Origin: a virus
Taxonomy: Duplodnaviria; Caudoviricetes
Virus record (IMG/VR): IMGVR_UViG_3300049140_000186
Span: 9,783 to 73,782 of that record
Direction: 5' to 3' (one strand)
Length of the DNA stretch: 64,000 nucleotides
Shown here: positions 55,586-64,000 of the stretch, piece by piece
How positions within the stretch are numbered: the stretch's first letter is position 1
Layout: the number at the start of each line of letters is the position of its first letter
The notes under the pieces: generated by a model
Told to the model about the DNA's origin: nothing
Database searches by the model: none
Seen by the model: only the letters and a program-made list of their open reading frames with translations
Made by a program: the position numbers and the translations under genes

Positions 55586-57613
55586 TCAAAAGATTTCGAC
55601 TTGATCGGTTCCAAGGAACGGCTGGAATGAGGCGTCGTCGCGGAGCCGCTCGGCGAGATATTCGATTCCAAAACTCGTTAAGTGAAACTGATCCCAGAAC
55701 AGCGGTTTGCCGACATCGTCATCGAGCCAGAGCCGACAGACTTCTCCGGGGCAGAAGACCGGCTCGACGTCGATGTACGTGATCTGGTGCTTTTCGGCGA
55801 GCTTGCGGGCGGCGGCGCTGATCTTCTCATAGCTCCATGGAACCATCGATTTATCTGACTCCAGGACCTTCGTCTGAATTTCATCGCCCACGGCTGATCT
55901 ACGAACAAACACAGCCGGCGGGGCACGAAATACGGGCGTGACGCCGACCATATAGATCTGACCGAACCGCTCGCGTATAGGCGCGAGGCCTTTAGATACC
56001 GATGTCCACTCTTTGGCGCGATAGCGGAATGCAAGAACCACCGCCTCGATGTTGATAGCTGCCTTAGCTCGATCGAGCACATCGAGAATGCCAGAGAAAC
56101 AATGTCTTCGCGCCACCACCACGTCGGCGGGCACGCAACTGGATTGGTGGAGCATTAGGAAGTTGGTCTGTGGGAACGCTTGTTTAAGGCTGTGGAACGT
56201 ATCTCTTCCGACGCTATCGCCGATGATCAGGACGTTACGGTCAGATGCCTGCTGCGTCAGGCAGGCGACCAGCCGCTCCGGCGTGTTTCCTAAATCGTAG
56301 CTGCACGTCACGTCCTGATTTCCGCTGCCTTCGAGCGGTTGACTCTTGCCGTTGAAGTTTAGGTTGAAGTGTTCTTTGTAGAATTCGTCCTCGGCTTTCA
56401 GTGTAGCGAGGATTGCCCCATGCGGCCCAAAGACCGTCTCCAGCCGATAGATCGCCAAGGCTGGTACGAGCCCTGGGAGCGCAAGAATAATGCTTGCAGC
56501 GAGAGCTGTGGCGAAAAGGCCATAGGCGCCTCGTCGGGACGGCAAAACCGTTTTGCGCCGGATGGGGTTCTCAAGATAGCGCAACGACAGGAATGCGAGC
56601 CCCAGCCCGACGACAGCGCCTGCCAATTGCGGCAGAGGCGAGTATTCGTCGGTAACGATCGGAAATAAAAGCGGCACGAAAACTGCAATTGGCCAATGGA
56701 ATAGATACCATGCATAGGAGACCCGACCAACTTGGACGAATGGCTCCGATTTCAGCACATTGCTGATCATGTCTTTCCCGGATGTTCCAGCCCAAATTAT
56801 CAGCGCCGTTCCTAGGACGGGCACTACAGCGGTCGGTCCCGGGAAAGGAAGGCCTTCGTGATAACCGAGGACGGCAACCCCGATCATGAGAGCACCGATA
56901 TAGCGAGCCCAAACGGCGGCTCTGATATTCGCGCAGCCGGCGATGCCTACGGCAAGAAGACAGCCGACGAGCAGTTCCCAAAAGCGGGCAAGCGAGTTGT
57001 AGAATGCGTTGTTGGCGTCGTCAGCCATTATCAGGTAGGCGGCATAACCAAAGGAAACGGTCGCTATTGCGGCGAGAGCTGGGACCAGCTTGGTTGGAAC
57101 CTTCCGTTTTAGGACTATGAGGATCGCCGGAAAGACAATGTAGAACTGCTCCTCGATCGCCAGGGACCACATATGTAGGAGCGGCTTCGACAGAGCATCC
57201 CCATCGAAATAGTCAATTTGAGAGAAGAAGAACCAATTCGACGTTGCGGTGAGCACGCTCAGAAAGCTTTGGGAAAACTCCTCATAGTGAGCGGGATCGA
57301 GCAGGATAGTGGCCGCGGTCCACGTGACAACGAGCATCGCTAGCAGCGGCGGGGCAAGCCTGCGGATTCGGCGCTCATAAAAGCGGCCGTAGGTAAATGT
57401 TCCGGAGCTGATCTCTGAGACGATGATGGAGGTGATCAGGTAGCCGCTGATCACAAAGAAAACATCGACCCCTACAAAACCTCCACTCCATGTTGTGAGG
57501 CCCGCGTGGAAGAGAACGACCGGGACAATCGCGACTGTGCGCAAACCGTCGATCTCAGGCCTGTAAATAGGACGATTATCACTATCGTGACGTGCGTAGG
57601 TGTGAGTATCCAT
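55586..57613 (-). CDS. O-acyltransferase, acyltransferase-3 plus SGNH domain, OafA-like (moron 2)
   Basis: YRPEIDGLR, GVDVFFVISGYLIT, LLHMWSLAIEEQFY; SGNH IIGDS...DQFHL. Confidence 0.92.
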   Translation of the reverse strand: MDTHTYARHDSDNRPIYRPEIDGLRTVAIVPVVLFHAGLTTWSGGFVGVDVFFVISGYLITSIIVSEISSGTFTYGRFYERRIRRLAPPLLAMLVVTWTAATILLDPAHYEEFSQSFLSVLTATSNWFFFSQIDYFDGDALSKPLLHMWSLAIEEQFYIVFPAILIVLKRKVPTKLVPALAAIATVSFGYAAYLIMADDANNAFYNSLARFWELLVGCLLAVGIAGCANIRAAVWARYIGALMIGVAVLGYHEGLPFPGPTAVVPVLGTALIIWAGTSGKDMISNVLKSEPFVQVGRVSYAWYLFHWPIAVFVPLLFPIVTDEYSPLPQLAGAVVGLGLAFLSLRYLENPIRRKTVLPSRRGAYGLFATALAASIILALPGLVPALAIYRLETVFGPHGAILATLKAEDEFYKEHFNLNFNGKSQPLEGSGNQDVTCSYDLGNTPERLVACLTQQASDRNVLIIGDSVGRDTFHSLKQAFPQTNFLMLHQSSCVPADVVVARRHCFSGILDVLDRAKAAINIEAVVLAFRYRAKEWTSVSKGLAPIRERFGQIYMVGVTPVFRAPPAVFVRRSAVGDEIQTKVLESDKSMVPWSYEKISAAARKLAEKHQITYIDVEPVFCPGEVCRLWLDDDVGKPLFWDQFHLTSFGIEYLAERLRDDASFQPFLGTDQVEIF

Positions 57614-57744
57614 GCTCCCCCGAACAGGTCTGAAGGCGGCTTAAATCTAACTTGCGATCTCCAAGCTAATGAAATTCGGCCAGTTCCCGCGCTGACAAAT
57701 GAAATTCCTCCTGGACTGCCGCTGGTGCCCTCGCCCAACGCCAC

Positions 57745-57794
57745 CCTCTCGCACAAGCTTTCTGAAAACTCAACGCTGGAAGGATCAGCCATGG
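57745..57794 (+). repeat. Endolysin leader repeat, copy 2 (50 bp, 49/50 identical to copy 3, ends at ATGG)
   Basis: CCTCTCGCACAAGCTTTCTGAAAACTCAACGCTGGAAGGATCAGCCATGG. Confidence 0.95.
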
Positions 57795-57843
57795 CATGTT
57801 TCCGAGACAGATGGAGCCAAATGGATCAGGCGATCATCTATAA

Positions 57844-59007
57844 CTAATTCAATCGCATCTCGATGTACGTCGAGGGGTTCACCGGGTTGGCATTGTTGCG
57901 CTGGGTGAAATCGTAGACGCGACGGATCGTTTGCACCCGAGGGCGGGCGGCGAAGCTGTCAATAAGACCCAAAGCGTTGCGGTTGTAGCCCAGCCGCCAG
58001 GAGTTCAGCGCGGCATTCAGGGCTTGAGTGTACTCGCTAGCGATGTCGTCTGTGCGCCTGCGAGAAAGAGCCTTCCATGTCTCTTCGTCACCGTCCTCGC
58101 GCGCCTTTAGCAGCTCGGGGAATCGTTGCCAGCCGATAGGCTCGCAATGAACCAGGAACGTCGGATTCTTGCGAGCGAGAATTTGCGTATAAAGTTCGCC
58201 GGATATGGTCTCCACCTGCTCAATTGAATGATGCGAAAAGATGAGAGCCGAGGCGTCATCGGGGATCATCGAAATTTCGGGACTCAGATAATTGAAATGA
58301 TGGGCCGACAGGGGAAGTCCTTCGTGCTCCGCGATCATTTGCATCAATCCGACGCCGGCGTCTGTGTATTCCAGACCCCATAGCTTCTTGCCATGCACCC
58401 TGATGCCCATCTGAATACTAAGGTCAAATAGGTTCCAGCCGGGTCCCGCGCCCAACTCCACTACATGGGTAACCTTGCGCGAGAGCAATTCGACTGCCCG
58501 AAGCGGATCGAAGTTCGAAGCAGCGGTGTACCGGCCGCCCGCTACGGCCAGCCGGATGTTTGGAATGCCCTCAGCGTCCAACTCCAGCCCGCGATCACGG
58601 AGATAGGCGGTCGCCGGGGCTGAGGATACACGATTTTCTCCTTTGGCCCGATGGAGCGGCGGGCGCATTGAAGCAAGGACATGAGCGAGCGTCTCGCCCG
58701 CCTCGAATTTATTGCGGACTCCTGCGATGCGCTTGCCCCAATGGGCCTCGTAGCTCTCCTTGACGTGTTCTGCATCCGCTCCTGTTTTCGTGGCGGGGAT
58801 CACGGCGAGGAATGCCTTGTCTGATTGGGCGAGGCGCTTGGCTCGAATTTCCGCAGCCTTGTTTGCTGCCGCTGTGTTTTTTTTGGCTTGGGCCGCCTTT
58901 ATCTGCCGTTGCTTCTCCTGGGCTTTTGCTTGACGCCGCGCCTGCTGTTCCGCTTTCCGCAAATCCGGGAACATACGCAACACTGCGCGCCGAACCAAAT
59001 TCTTCAT
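57844..59007 (-). CDS. Class I SAM-dependent methyltransferase-like protein (moron 3)
   Basis: VVELGAGPG motif I, GLEYT, FSHHSIEQV; start 59007 or 59046. Confidence 0.7.
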   Translation of the reverse strand: MKNLVRRAVLRMFPDLRKAEQQARRQAKAQEKQRQIKAAQAKKNTAAANKAAEIRAKRLAQSDKAFLAVIPATKTGADAEHVKESYEAHWGKRIAGVRNKFEAGETLAHVLASMRPPLHRAKGENRVSSAPATAYLRDRGLELDAEGIPNIRLAVAGGRYTAASNFDPLRAVELLSRKVTHVVELGAGPGWNLFDLSIQMGIRVHGKKLWGLEYTDAGVGLMQMIAEHEGLPLSAHHFNYLSPEISMIPDDASALIFSHHSIEQVETISGELYTQILARKNPTFLVHCEPIGWQRFPELLKAREDGDEETWKALSRRRTDDIASEYTQALNAALNSWRLGYNRNALGLIDSFAARPRVQTIRRVYDFTQRNNANPVNPSTYIEMRLN

Positions 59008-59171
59008 CGGTGAAATCCCCTCCATTTCGCCGGCGACATTATGCAACTTGCACCAAGGCGCAATAGTTCTCTTCAGGCTTACCCTTGAGCGCTCTGTGTC
59101 TGGGTTAGCCCCGCCGCTCCGCCTGTCGGCGGGAGCGGCGAAAGCTTTCCCTCAGAAAACCACGTCACCAC

Positions 59172-59250
59172 GCTCCTCTCGCACAAGCTTTCTGAAAACT
59201 CAACGCAGGAAGGATCAGCCATGGACAAGACCGTTCCCGCCGGAGCGGCG
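59172..59250 (+). repeat. Endolysin leader repeat, copy 3 (attached to the intact endolysin)
   Basis: Same sequence as copies 1 and 2, continuing into the 280-aa ORF. Confidence 0.95.
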
Positions 59251-60063
59251 CTGCTGCTCGGCTTCATTTACGAGACCGAGACGAGCTGCAAGCCGCCGCA
59301 GTGCTATGAGTCGATCTACGCCAACAAACAAGGCAAGCTTCCGAAGCCGCTGACGAAGATGACGCTCGACGAGGTGATCGCCTCGCAGCGCCGCTGGTCG
59401 AAGAACCACGGATCGTCCGCAGCTGGGGCTCCGCAGTTCATGCGAAACACGCTGCTCGGCCTGATGGCGGAACTCGGCTTGTCCGGATCGCAAATCCTCG
59501 AGGGCGATCTGCAGGATCGGCTCGCCTATCACCTGCTCAAGCGCCGCGGTTGCGAGGCGTTCGTCGCCGGCAAGATCAGCCGCACCGAGTTCGGTAAGCG
59601 GCTGGCGCAAGAATGGGCTTCCTTTCCCGTCCTCGCTCCAACCAAGGGCGCGCACCGCAACGTGAAGCGCGGCCAGACCTACTACCTCGGCGACAAGCTC
59701 AACAAGCAGCTGGTCACCCCAGAGATGGTCGAGACGGTGCTTGACCGGGTGAAGGCGGTTGCGGCGGCGTCTGTGCAACCGGAGCCGAAAACAGAGCCGA
59801 TTCAGCAACCGGCGCCTGCCCCTGTTATCGTCGAGAAGCAGGTCATTGCCGATCCGGGCGAACTGGAGCAGCACCCGGCCAAGAGCAAGACCGTCTGGCA
59901 GTGGATCATCACGACCGTTCTCGTGCCGGTCCTCGCCGTGTTCCAGGACTGGCGCGTCCAACTCGCCATCGTCCTGATTATAGCGGCCTTCGCCGCCTAC
60001 GCGATCAAGCGCCGCGTCGACCTGTTCAAGGCCGTGAAGGCGCTCAAGAGCGAGCTGGGCTGA
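59221..60063 (+). CDS. Endolysin, lysozyme-like muramidase with C-terminal TM segment
   Basis: IYETE...MTLDEVIA.Q...SSAAGAPQFM.NTL...LAQEWASFP. Confidence 0.85.
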   Translation: MDKTVPAGAALLLGFIYETETSCKPPQCYESIYANKQGKLPKPLTKMTLDEVIASQRRWSKNHGSSAAGAPQFMRNTLLGLMAELGLSGSQILEGDLQDRLAYHLLKRRGCEAFVAGKISRTEFGKRLAQEWASFPVLAPTKGAHRNVKRGQTYYLGDKLNKQLVTPEMVETVLDRVKAVAAASVQPEPKTEPIQQPAPAPVIVEKQVIADPGELEQHPAKSKTVWQWIITTVLVPVLAVFQDWRVQLAIVLIIAAFAAYAIKRRVDLFKAVKALKSELG

Positions 60064-60209
60064 TGGGCGGGAACGACACTCGTTTCCTGGCCTGGGTGTT
60101 TCTGCGGGCAGCGCCCGGCCTCGCGTGGCGGATCGCGCTGTACTACTGGCCGGTGTCTCTGGCGATCGGCGCGGTGCTGATCTGGGGAGTGTTCCAATGT
60201 TTCCGCTGA
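60063..60209 (+). CDS. Small membrane protein (holin-like)
   Basis: 48 aa hydrophobic; ATG overlaps endolysin stop. Confidence 0.5.
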   Translation: MGGNDTRFLAWVFLRAAPGLAWRIALYYWPVSLAIGAVLIWGVFQCFR

Positions 60210-60469
60210 ACTGGTTTTCCGCCTGCGCTGGCGCGCTTGTCGCCACCGCCGCGACCTTCGGCGCCATGTCAGCCTGGACGGCGCTGGTGACCTTGCCTGC
60301 CGTCAAGGCGGAGACGCGCGCCATCGTCGAGGCCGAAGCCGCCAAGCGCACCGAAACCGCAATCAACGAGGTATCCTCCGATGCTGAAAAAGCTCGCTTC
60401 ATGCGCCGCTATTGCCGCGACCTTGGCCGGCTGTACGACTTCGAGCGCAATACATGCCGGGACGCCTGA
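60197..60469 (+). CDS. Inner-membrane spanin-like protein
   Basis: N-terminal TM, coiled coil, C-terminal Cys pair; overlapped by a lipoprotein ORF. Confidence 0.6.
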   Translation: MFPLNWFSACAGALVATAATFGAMSAWTALVTLPAVKAETRAIVEAEAAKRTETAINEVSSDAEKARFMRRYCRDLGRLYDFERNTCRDA

Positions 60470-60629
60470 CCTGGCGCGCGCCGCCCGCTCAATCGCCGGC
60501 ACATCACTGATCGGCGCGAAGGGCGCGACGCCGGCCGATCAGGACGCGATCGACGATACGGCGGCCGGGCTGTGCGGGGCGAGATCGTGGACGGCGACGG
60601 AATGCGCGCGACACGGGGCGGGCCGGTGA
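60381..60629 (+). CDS. Outer-membrane spanin-like lipoprotein
   Basis: MLKKLASCAAIAATLAGC lipobox, overlapping the previous gene in another frame (Rz/Rz1-like). Confidence 0.6.
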   Translation: MLKKLASCAAIAATLAGCTTSSAIHAGTPDLARAARSIAGTSLIGAKGATPADQDAIDDTAAGLCGARSWTATECARHGAGR

Positions 60630-61009
60630 GAGAAGCCAGCCTGAACGAAATCTACAAGCTGGTTGGCGAACTCACCAGCACTACGAAAGCGATCAACGAT
60701 AAAGTCGACGATCTCAAGAAGGACATGGGCGATTCCGAGGTGGCCAGCGCCACCAGCCGCGCCAATGTCCATCGCCGGCTTGACGAGGTGGTGCTACGGA
60801 CAACCCACCTCGAGACGGACATGCTGTCGGTCAAAAACAAGGTTGAAGGCGTGGAGGCCGTGACCGAAGACGTCATTTCGCTTCGCCAGCAGGCGCTCGG
60901 CGCCGGCACGCTCGGCCACTGGCTCATCAAGATTGGCATTACCGTCGTCGGCTTCGCCGGCTGGGCGATCGGGATCTATACCTATCTGACCGGCCGGCCA
61001 CCGCCCTGA
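60626..61009 (+). CDS. DUF1515-like coiled-coil membrane protein
   Basis: SRANVHRRLDE...GAGTLG...C-terminal TM; GTG start 60626. Confidence 0.6.
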   Translation: MREASLNEIYKLVGELTSTTKAINDKVDDLKKDMGDSEVASATSRANVHRRLDEVVLRTTHLETDMLSVKNKVEGVEAVTEDVISLRQQALGAGTLGHWLIKIGITVVGFAGWAIGIYTYLTGRPPP

Positions 61010-61033
61010 GCTGACCGGGTGGGGGGAGTAAAC

Positions 61034-61069
61034 AAAGCGTCGCGCGAAAGGCGCGGGCTTTTGCGCTTT
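61034..61069 (+). terminator. Possible terminator after lysis genes
   Basis: CGCGC-GAAAG-GCGCG followed by GCTTTTGCGCTTT. Confidence 0.4.
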
Positions 61070-61312
61070 CAGCCGTCCAATGAAACATTGTTCGTCATTT
61101 ATTTTTTACGACTTGACGCTAATGCAGACAGGGGGGTGATATTTCAGTTGATTGAAGGGCTCTTGTTGTGAAGCAGGTAGATCATTCTGAAAAGTCCCAG
61201 ATCGCCTTTGACGTGTTGTTTCTCTTAGGGTCTTCCGGTCTGGTTAGTGGTTATTCGCCTGTACGACAGGTATTATCGCAGGAACCAAGTCCGCGATCAT
61301 TCCGCAAAATAG

Positions 61313-61339
61313 GCCCGCCAAGTCGGCGGGCTTTTTGCG
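61313..61339 (+). terminator. Rho-independent terminator
   Basis: GCCCGCC-AAGTC-GGCGGGC-TTTTT. Confidence 0.75.
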
Positions 61340-61348
61340 TTTCAGGGA

Positions 61349-64000
61349 CTACCGCTTGACTACAAAGGCTTGCCCCTGGGGCAGTTCGATTGGCTTCTCT
61401 GACTTGTCTGCGAAAAACTCGTCCATCGCTTTGCGCGCACCTGGATAGGCACCGCTTCCGTAGTCATCGCACACGATCATGCCGTGACGCTTTAGACGAG
61501 GATAAAAGAACTCGAGGGAGTCAAGCGTAGGCTGGTAGAGATCGACATCGATGTGAACCAGAGCAAACTTCCTTGCTTTCACTTCGTGGAAGCGATCTGG
61601 AATCCAACCCGGCATAATCTGGACATTCGGCCAGGCCTGAAATGTGTTCCTGACCTTTTCCACATTTCCTGCGAACACACGCTTGCCGCTCGTTGCGTCG
61701 ATCGCACTGGCGATGGTGTCTTTGCCTGCAACAGGATCAGAAAGCCCTTCAAATGAATCGAACAAGAAGAAACGGCGTTCAGTGGTCAGTGCGTGCAGCA
61801 TAAAAAGCGCAGATTTGCCCTCCCGGACACCGCATTCGGCAACATCACCTTCGACATCCGCGATGCTGCGCAGAGATGATTGAAGGAAAAAGCACCGAAT
61901 ATCCGGAATACCGGGCACTTTGACAAGGGATTTGGCATTCACGAAATAGTCCTGATGCTGCCAAACCATGTGCGCGGGGATCGTGTGAAGGGCCGCTTTG
62001 TCTTCGTCGGTCTTGCCACGGATCTTCAGAGTGGCATAATCGATCTTGCCCTCCAGCTTCTCCAACCGAGCCACCAGGCTCTTTTCAAGCTTGCTGATTT
62101 TGTTTTGAAGAGGTTTCGTGAAGTTCGTCTGTGCGACAGGAACCATGGTTGCTGGAGCGGCCCTCAAGCCCAAGCTTCGGACGACTCGTTTCAAACGGCT
62201 ACGCAAGCTCGATTCCATCAGTGTTCCCCTCTCGTGTCGTCGCACTTCCTGAATAGCTGCCTTTACGGAACCCGCAAGTCCCTCGGCGGGTTCTCCTGCT
62301 ATTATCTTTACGGACGGCGCCCACAATTCGTGGGCTCTTCCCGGCGTAACTCGCCACGCGGCCTCAAATGGATGCGCAGGACAGATTACGTTTGCGCCAA
62401 CTGCTCCGGCCATGTGCTGCGTCGTGCCTGGGAGGCTAATTATCAGGGGCAATGAAGCTAGCAGCGCAAACATTTCTTCCAGATCGTTTTTTACATCGAT
62501 GCCGGTAGGAAGCCGCGCGAACGCTGGGTCGCTCGCAATCAGTTTTTGTTCGTCATCAGTGAGACCGTATTGAAGCGGAACAATCTTCATCCCCAATCCG
62601 GATAGCGCTGGAAGCCATTCACCCAACTTCGTCTGCTTGTGCTGCGCGGCGTGCGACTGAAGATCCGACCGCCAGAAGAGTCCGATGAGGTCCACGCCTC
62701 CGGAGCGGTGGACCCATTCACGCCACTTGGTGACGAGATCGGCGCGTGGCGAAATGTGGTTGCCGGTAGCTGGCACATCTGAAGGACTTCTGCGGAAGAC
62801 GGCCGCGAATTGCTTCAGATCGGCGACATAATCAGCGTCTCGGACCAGGCCAATGGAAGACGAATCAAGCCGCCTAACAAGGGCCCGGTCTATCCCAGGA
62901 ACGGGGTCATTAATGTTGACGCCGCGAAACTCAACGTCCGGAAAGCTGCGAGAAAGAATCGTTTGTAAACGCTCGTCGCATAGCATCGTGACATGCGCGA
63001 ATATTTTTGAGATTGCGGGTAACAAGCTCGCAAAGCGGACCTCGTCTCCAAGGCCCATTACGCAAACGATGGCGCACGTCCCATCCATTTTCTTGCCGCT
63101 ATCCCGCGCAGCGTTGAGCTGGTCAATCGTTACGGTCTTGAGGCCCATCGCCGCGATCGCCTTTACCCCGGGGCCTTGCCAGTATGGGAGATAAGCATCC
63201 TCCAATCGGCCATTGAGAACGTTGGCGTAGACGGAAGTTGCTTCGTTCTGGTCTTCGGTCGGGCATTCCGCACTTCGATTCTTTAGAGCGTCCAGAGCTG
63301 CATCTCCGCGTCGAAGAGCGATGTTGCTTTTCGCAATCGTAAGATAGAGCGCTCCTTTTTCCTTCGCTGTAAGAGCGTTTCCTTGGGCCAGGGCATCATG
63401 CGCGGCCAAGCAAGCTTCCTCGAAGCGGTCCAGCCAGAACAAAACGTCAGCCTTCGTCGCGAGAAGTCGAGGATCGGAACTGATGTGAAGGGCTTTATTC
63501 AAGACCGATAATGCCTCGCTAGCCCGGCCAACCTGGAGAAGCTGCACGCCGAGTGTCGCGGCTGCCGCCGCGTTTGTTTTGGCTCTCGGGGCTAACCGTC
63601 TGAAATGCTCTCCTTGAAGTCTGTCACGAATGGTCCCATTCCGCATCGATACTGTAACATTGAAGAAGCCGCGGCCCTCCGGCTGAACGGTCAGTAGCGC
63701 TTCAATCAGAGGTCTCGCGGCTTCCTCATCGCCAGCTGCAATTAAACGGCGTGCGAGCAAGAGTGCTGCCTTGCTCCGCCCATGCTCATATAGCTTCAGC
63801 TGGGCTCCTAGCTTTTCTGTTTCTTCAGAGGTCGGAGGTGTTCCCGTCAGGTAAGTCGACAGCGTGTGTTCCAATTGCGCTCGGACCTGCGCGAGCGTTT
63901 GATTCTTCGATTCGATGTTGTCACCTTCCCGCGCCAGAACCTCGGGTATCGAGGAAGCACCGATGGCGCCTAAAGCAAAACTCTTAAACATGCCACGCAT
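61349..64000 (-). CDS. TPR + GT9-like glycosyltransferase + TylF/NovP O-methyltransferase fusion (moron 4); may extend past the window edge
   Basis: MGLGDEVRFASLL, IGLFWRS, LQYG, HMAGAVG (TPR-GT9/FlbA-like); GDVAECGV..G.S, FDSFEGL, VHIDVDLY, CDDYG (TylF family). Confidence 0.8.
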   Translation of the reverse strand: MRGMFKSFALGAIGASSIPEVLAREGDNIESKNQTLAQVRAQLEHTLSTYLTGTPPTSEETEKLGAQLKLYEHGRSKAALLLARRLIAAGDEEAARPLIEALLTVQPEGRGFFNVTVSMRNGTIRDRLQGEHFRRLAPRAKTNAAAAATLGVQLLQVGRASEALSVLNKALHISSDPRLLATKADVLFWLDRFEEACLAAHDALAQGNALTAKEKGALYLTIAKSNIALRRGDAALDALKNRSAECPTEDQNEATSVYANVLNGRLEDAYLPYWQGPGVKAIAAMGLKTVTIDQLNAARDSGKKMDGTCAIVCVMGLGDEVRFASLLPAISKIFAHVTMLCDERLQTILSRSFPDVEFRGVNINDPVPGIDRALVRRLDSSSIGLVRDADYVADLKQFAAVFRRSPSDVPATGNHISPRADLVTKWREWVHRSGGVDLIGLFWRSDLQSHAAQHKQTKLGEWLPALSGLGMKIVPLQYGLTDDEQKLIASDPAFARLPTGIDVKNDLEEMFALLASLPLIISLPGTTQHMAGAVGANVICPAHPFEAAWRVTPGRAHELWAPSVKIIAGEPAEGLAGSVKAAIQEVRRHERGTLMESSLRSRLKRVVRSLGLRAAPATMVPVAQTNFTKPLQNKISKLEKSLVARLEKLEGKIDYATLKIRGKTDEDKAALHTIPAHMVWQHQDYFVNAKSLVKVPGIPDIRCFFLQSSLRSIADVEGDVAECGVREGKSALFMLHALTTERRFFLFDSFEGLSDPVAGKDTIASAIDATSGKRVFAGNVEKVRNTFQAWPNVQIMPGWIPDRFHEVKARKFALVHIDVDLYQPTLDSLEFFYPRLKRHGMIVCDDYGSGAYPGARKAMDEFFADKSEKPIELPQGQAFVVKR

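Larger units (their letters stand above)
22343..64000. mobile_element. Prophage B, lambdoid-organised and probably defective (tail module missing); right boundary not seen
   Basis: int/xis, recombination, cI/cro, DnaB, terminase, portal, capsid and lysis genes in canonical order. Confidence 0.9.

Noticed and set aside
55023-59250. Triple repeat as a CRISPR array or a true integron
   Set aside because: Spacers are 1.4-2.6 kb genes, no cas genes are present, the repeats are the endolysin RBS and start rather than attC-like palindromes, and the only recombinase is a phage-type integrase with no IntI features noticed.
59215-60402. 395-aa minus-strand ORF
   Set aside because: Shadow of the endolysin and lysis genes.
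61010-64000. attR of prophage B
   Set aside because: No second tRNA-Gln fragment or GTTAGACA arm repeat was noticed by eye; the boundary probably lies beyond the window.

Overview
High-GC alphaproteobacterial (Rhizobiales, Mesorhizobium/Rhizobium-like; inferred from DUF982, DUF768 and DUF1515-like genes) DNA that is almost entirely prophage. Two unrelated prophages abut a complete tRNA-Gln(CTG) gene (22269-22342, minus strand). Prophage A (1-22268) is the late half of a podovirus with a T7/BPP-1-like virion module: capsid, tail tubular A/B, ejection proteins (one carrying both SLT and M15 peptidase motifs), a YadA-like tail fibre, a GH19 endolysin and accessory genes. Prophage B (22343 to at least 61 kb, right end not seen) is lambdoid-organised: integrase/excisionase, ERF/YqaJ/NinB recombination genes, a cI/cro switch with readable 17-bp operators, DnaB, PBSX terminase and a DUF1073/DUF2213/DUF2184 head. 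It looks defective because the whole tail module is missing at about 50720. The most striking structure lies at 50.7-64 kb. Three near-identical copies of the endolysin leader and start (55023, 57745, 59172) each close a cassette made of a probable receptor-binding-protein remnant plus an antisense surface-glycan-modifying moron (KpsS-like transferase, AT3-SGNH O-acyltransferase, class I methyltransferase). A fourth glycan moron (TPR-GT9-TylF fusion) follows the lysis genes. Also notable are an antisense array of four divergent DUF982 paralogues and two homologous HEPN-like morons, one in each prophage. All protein family calls come from motif recognition by eye; no searches were run.
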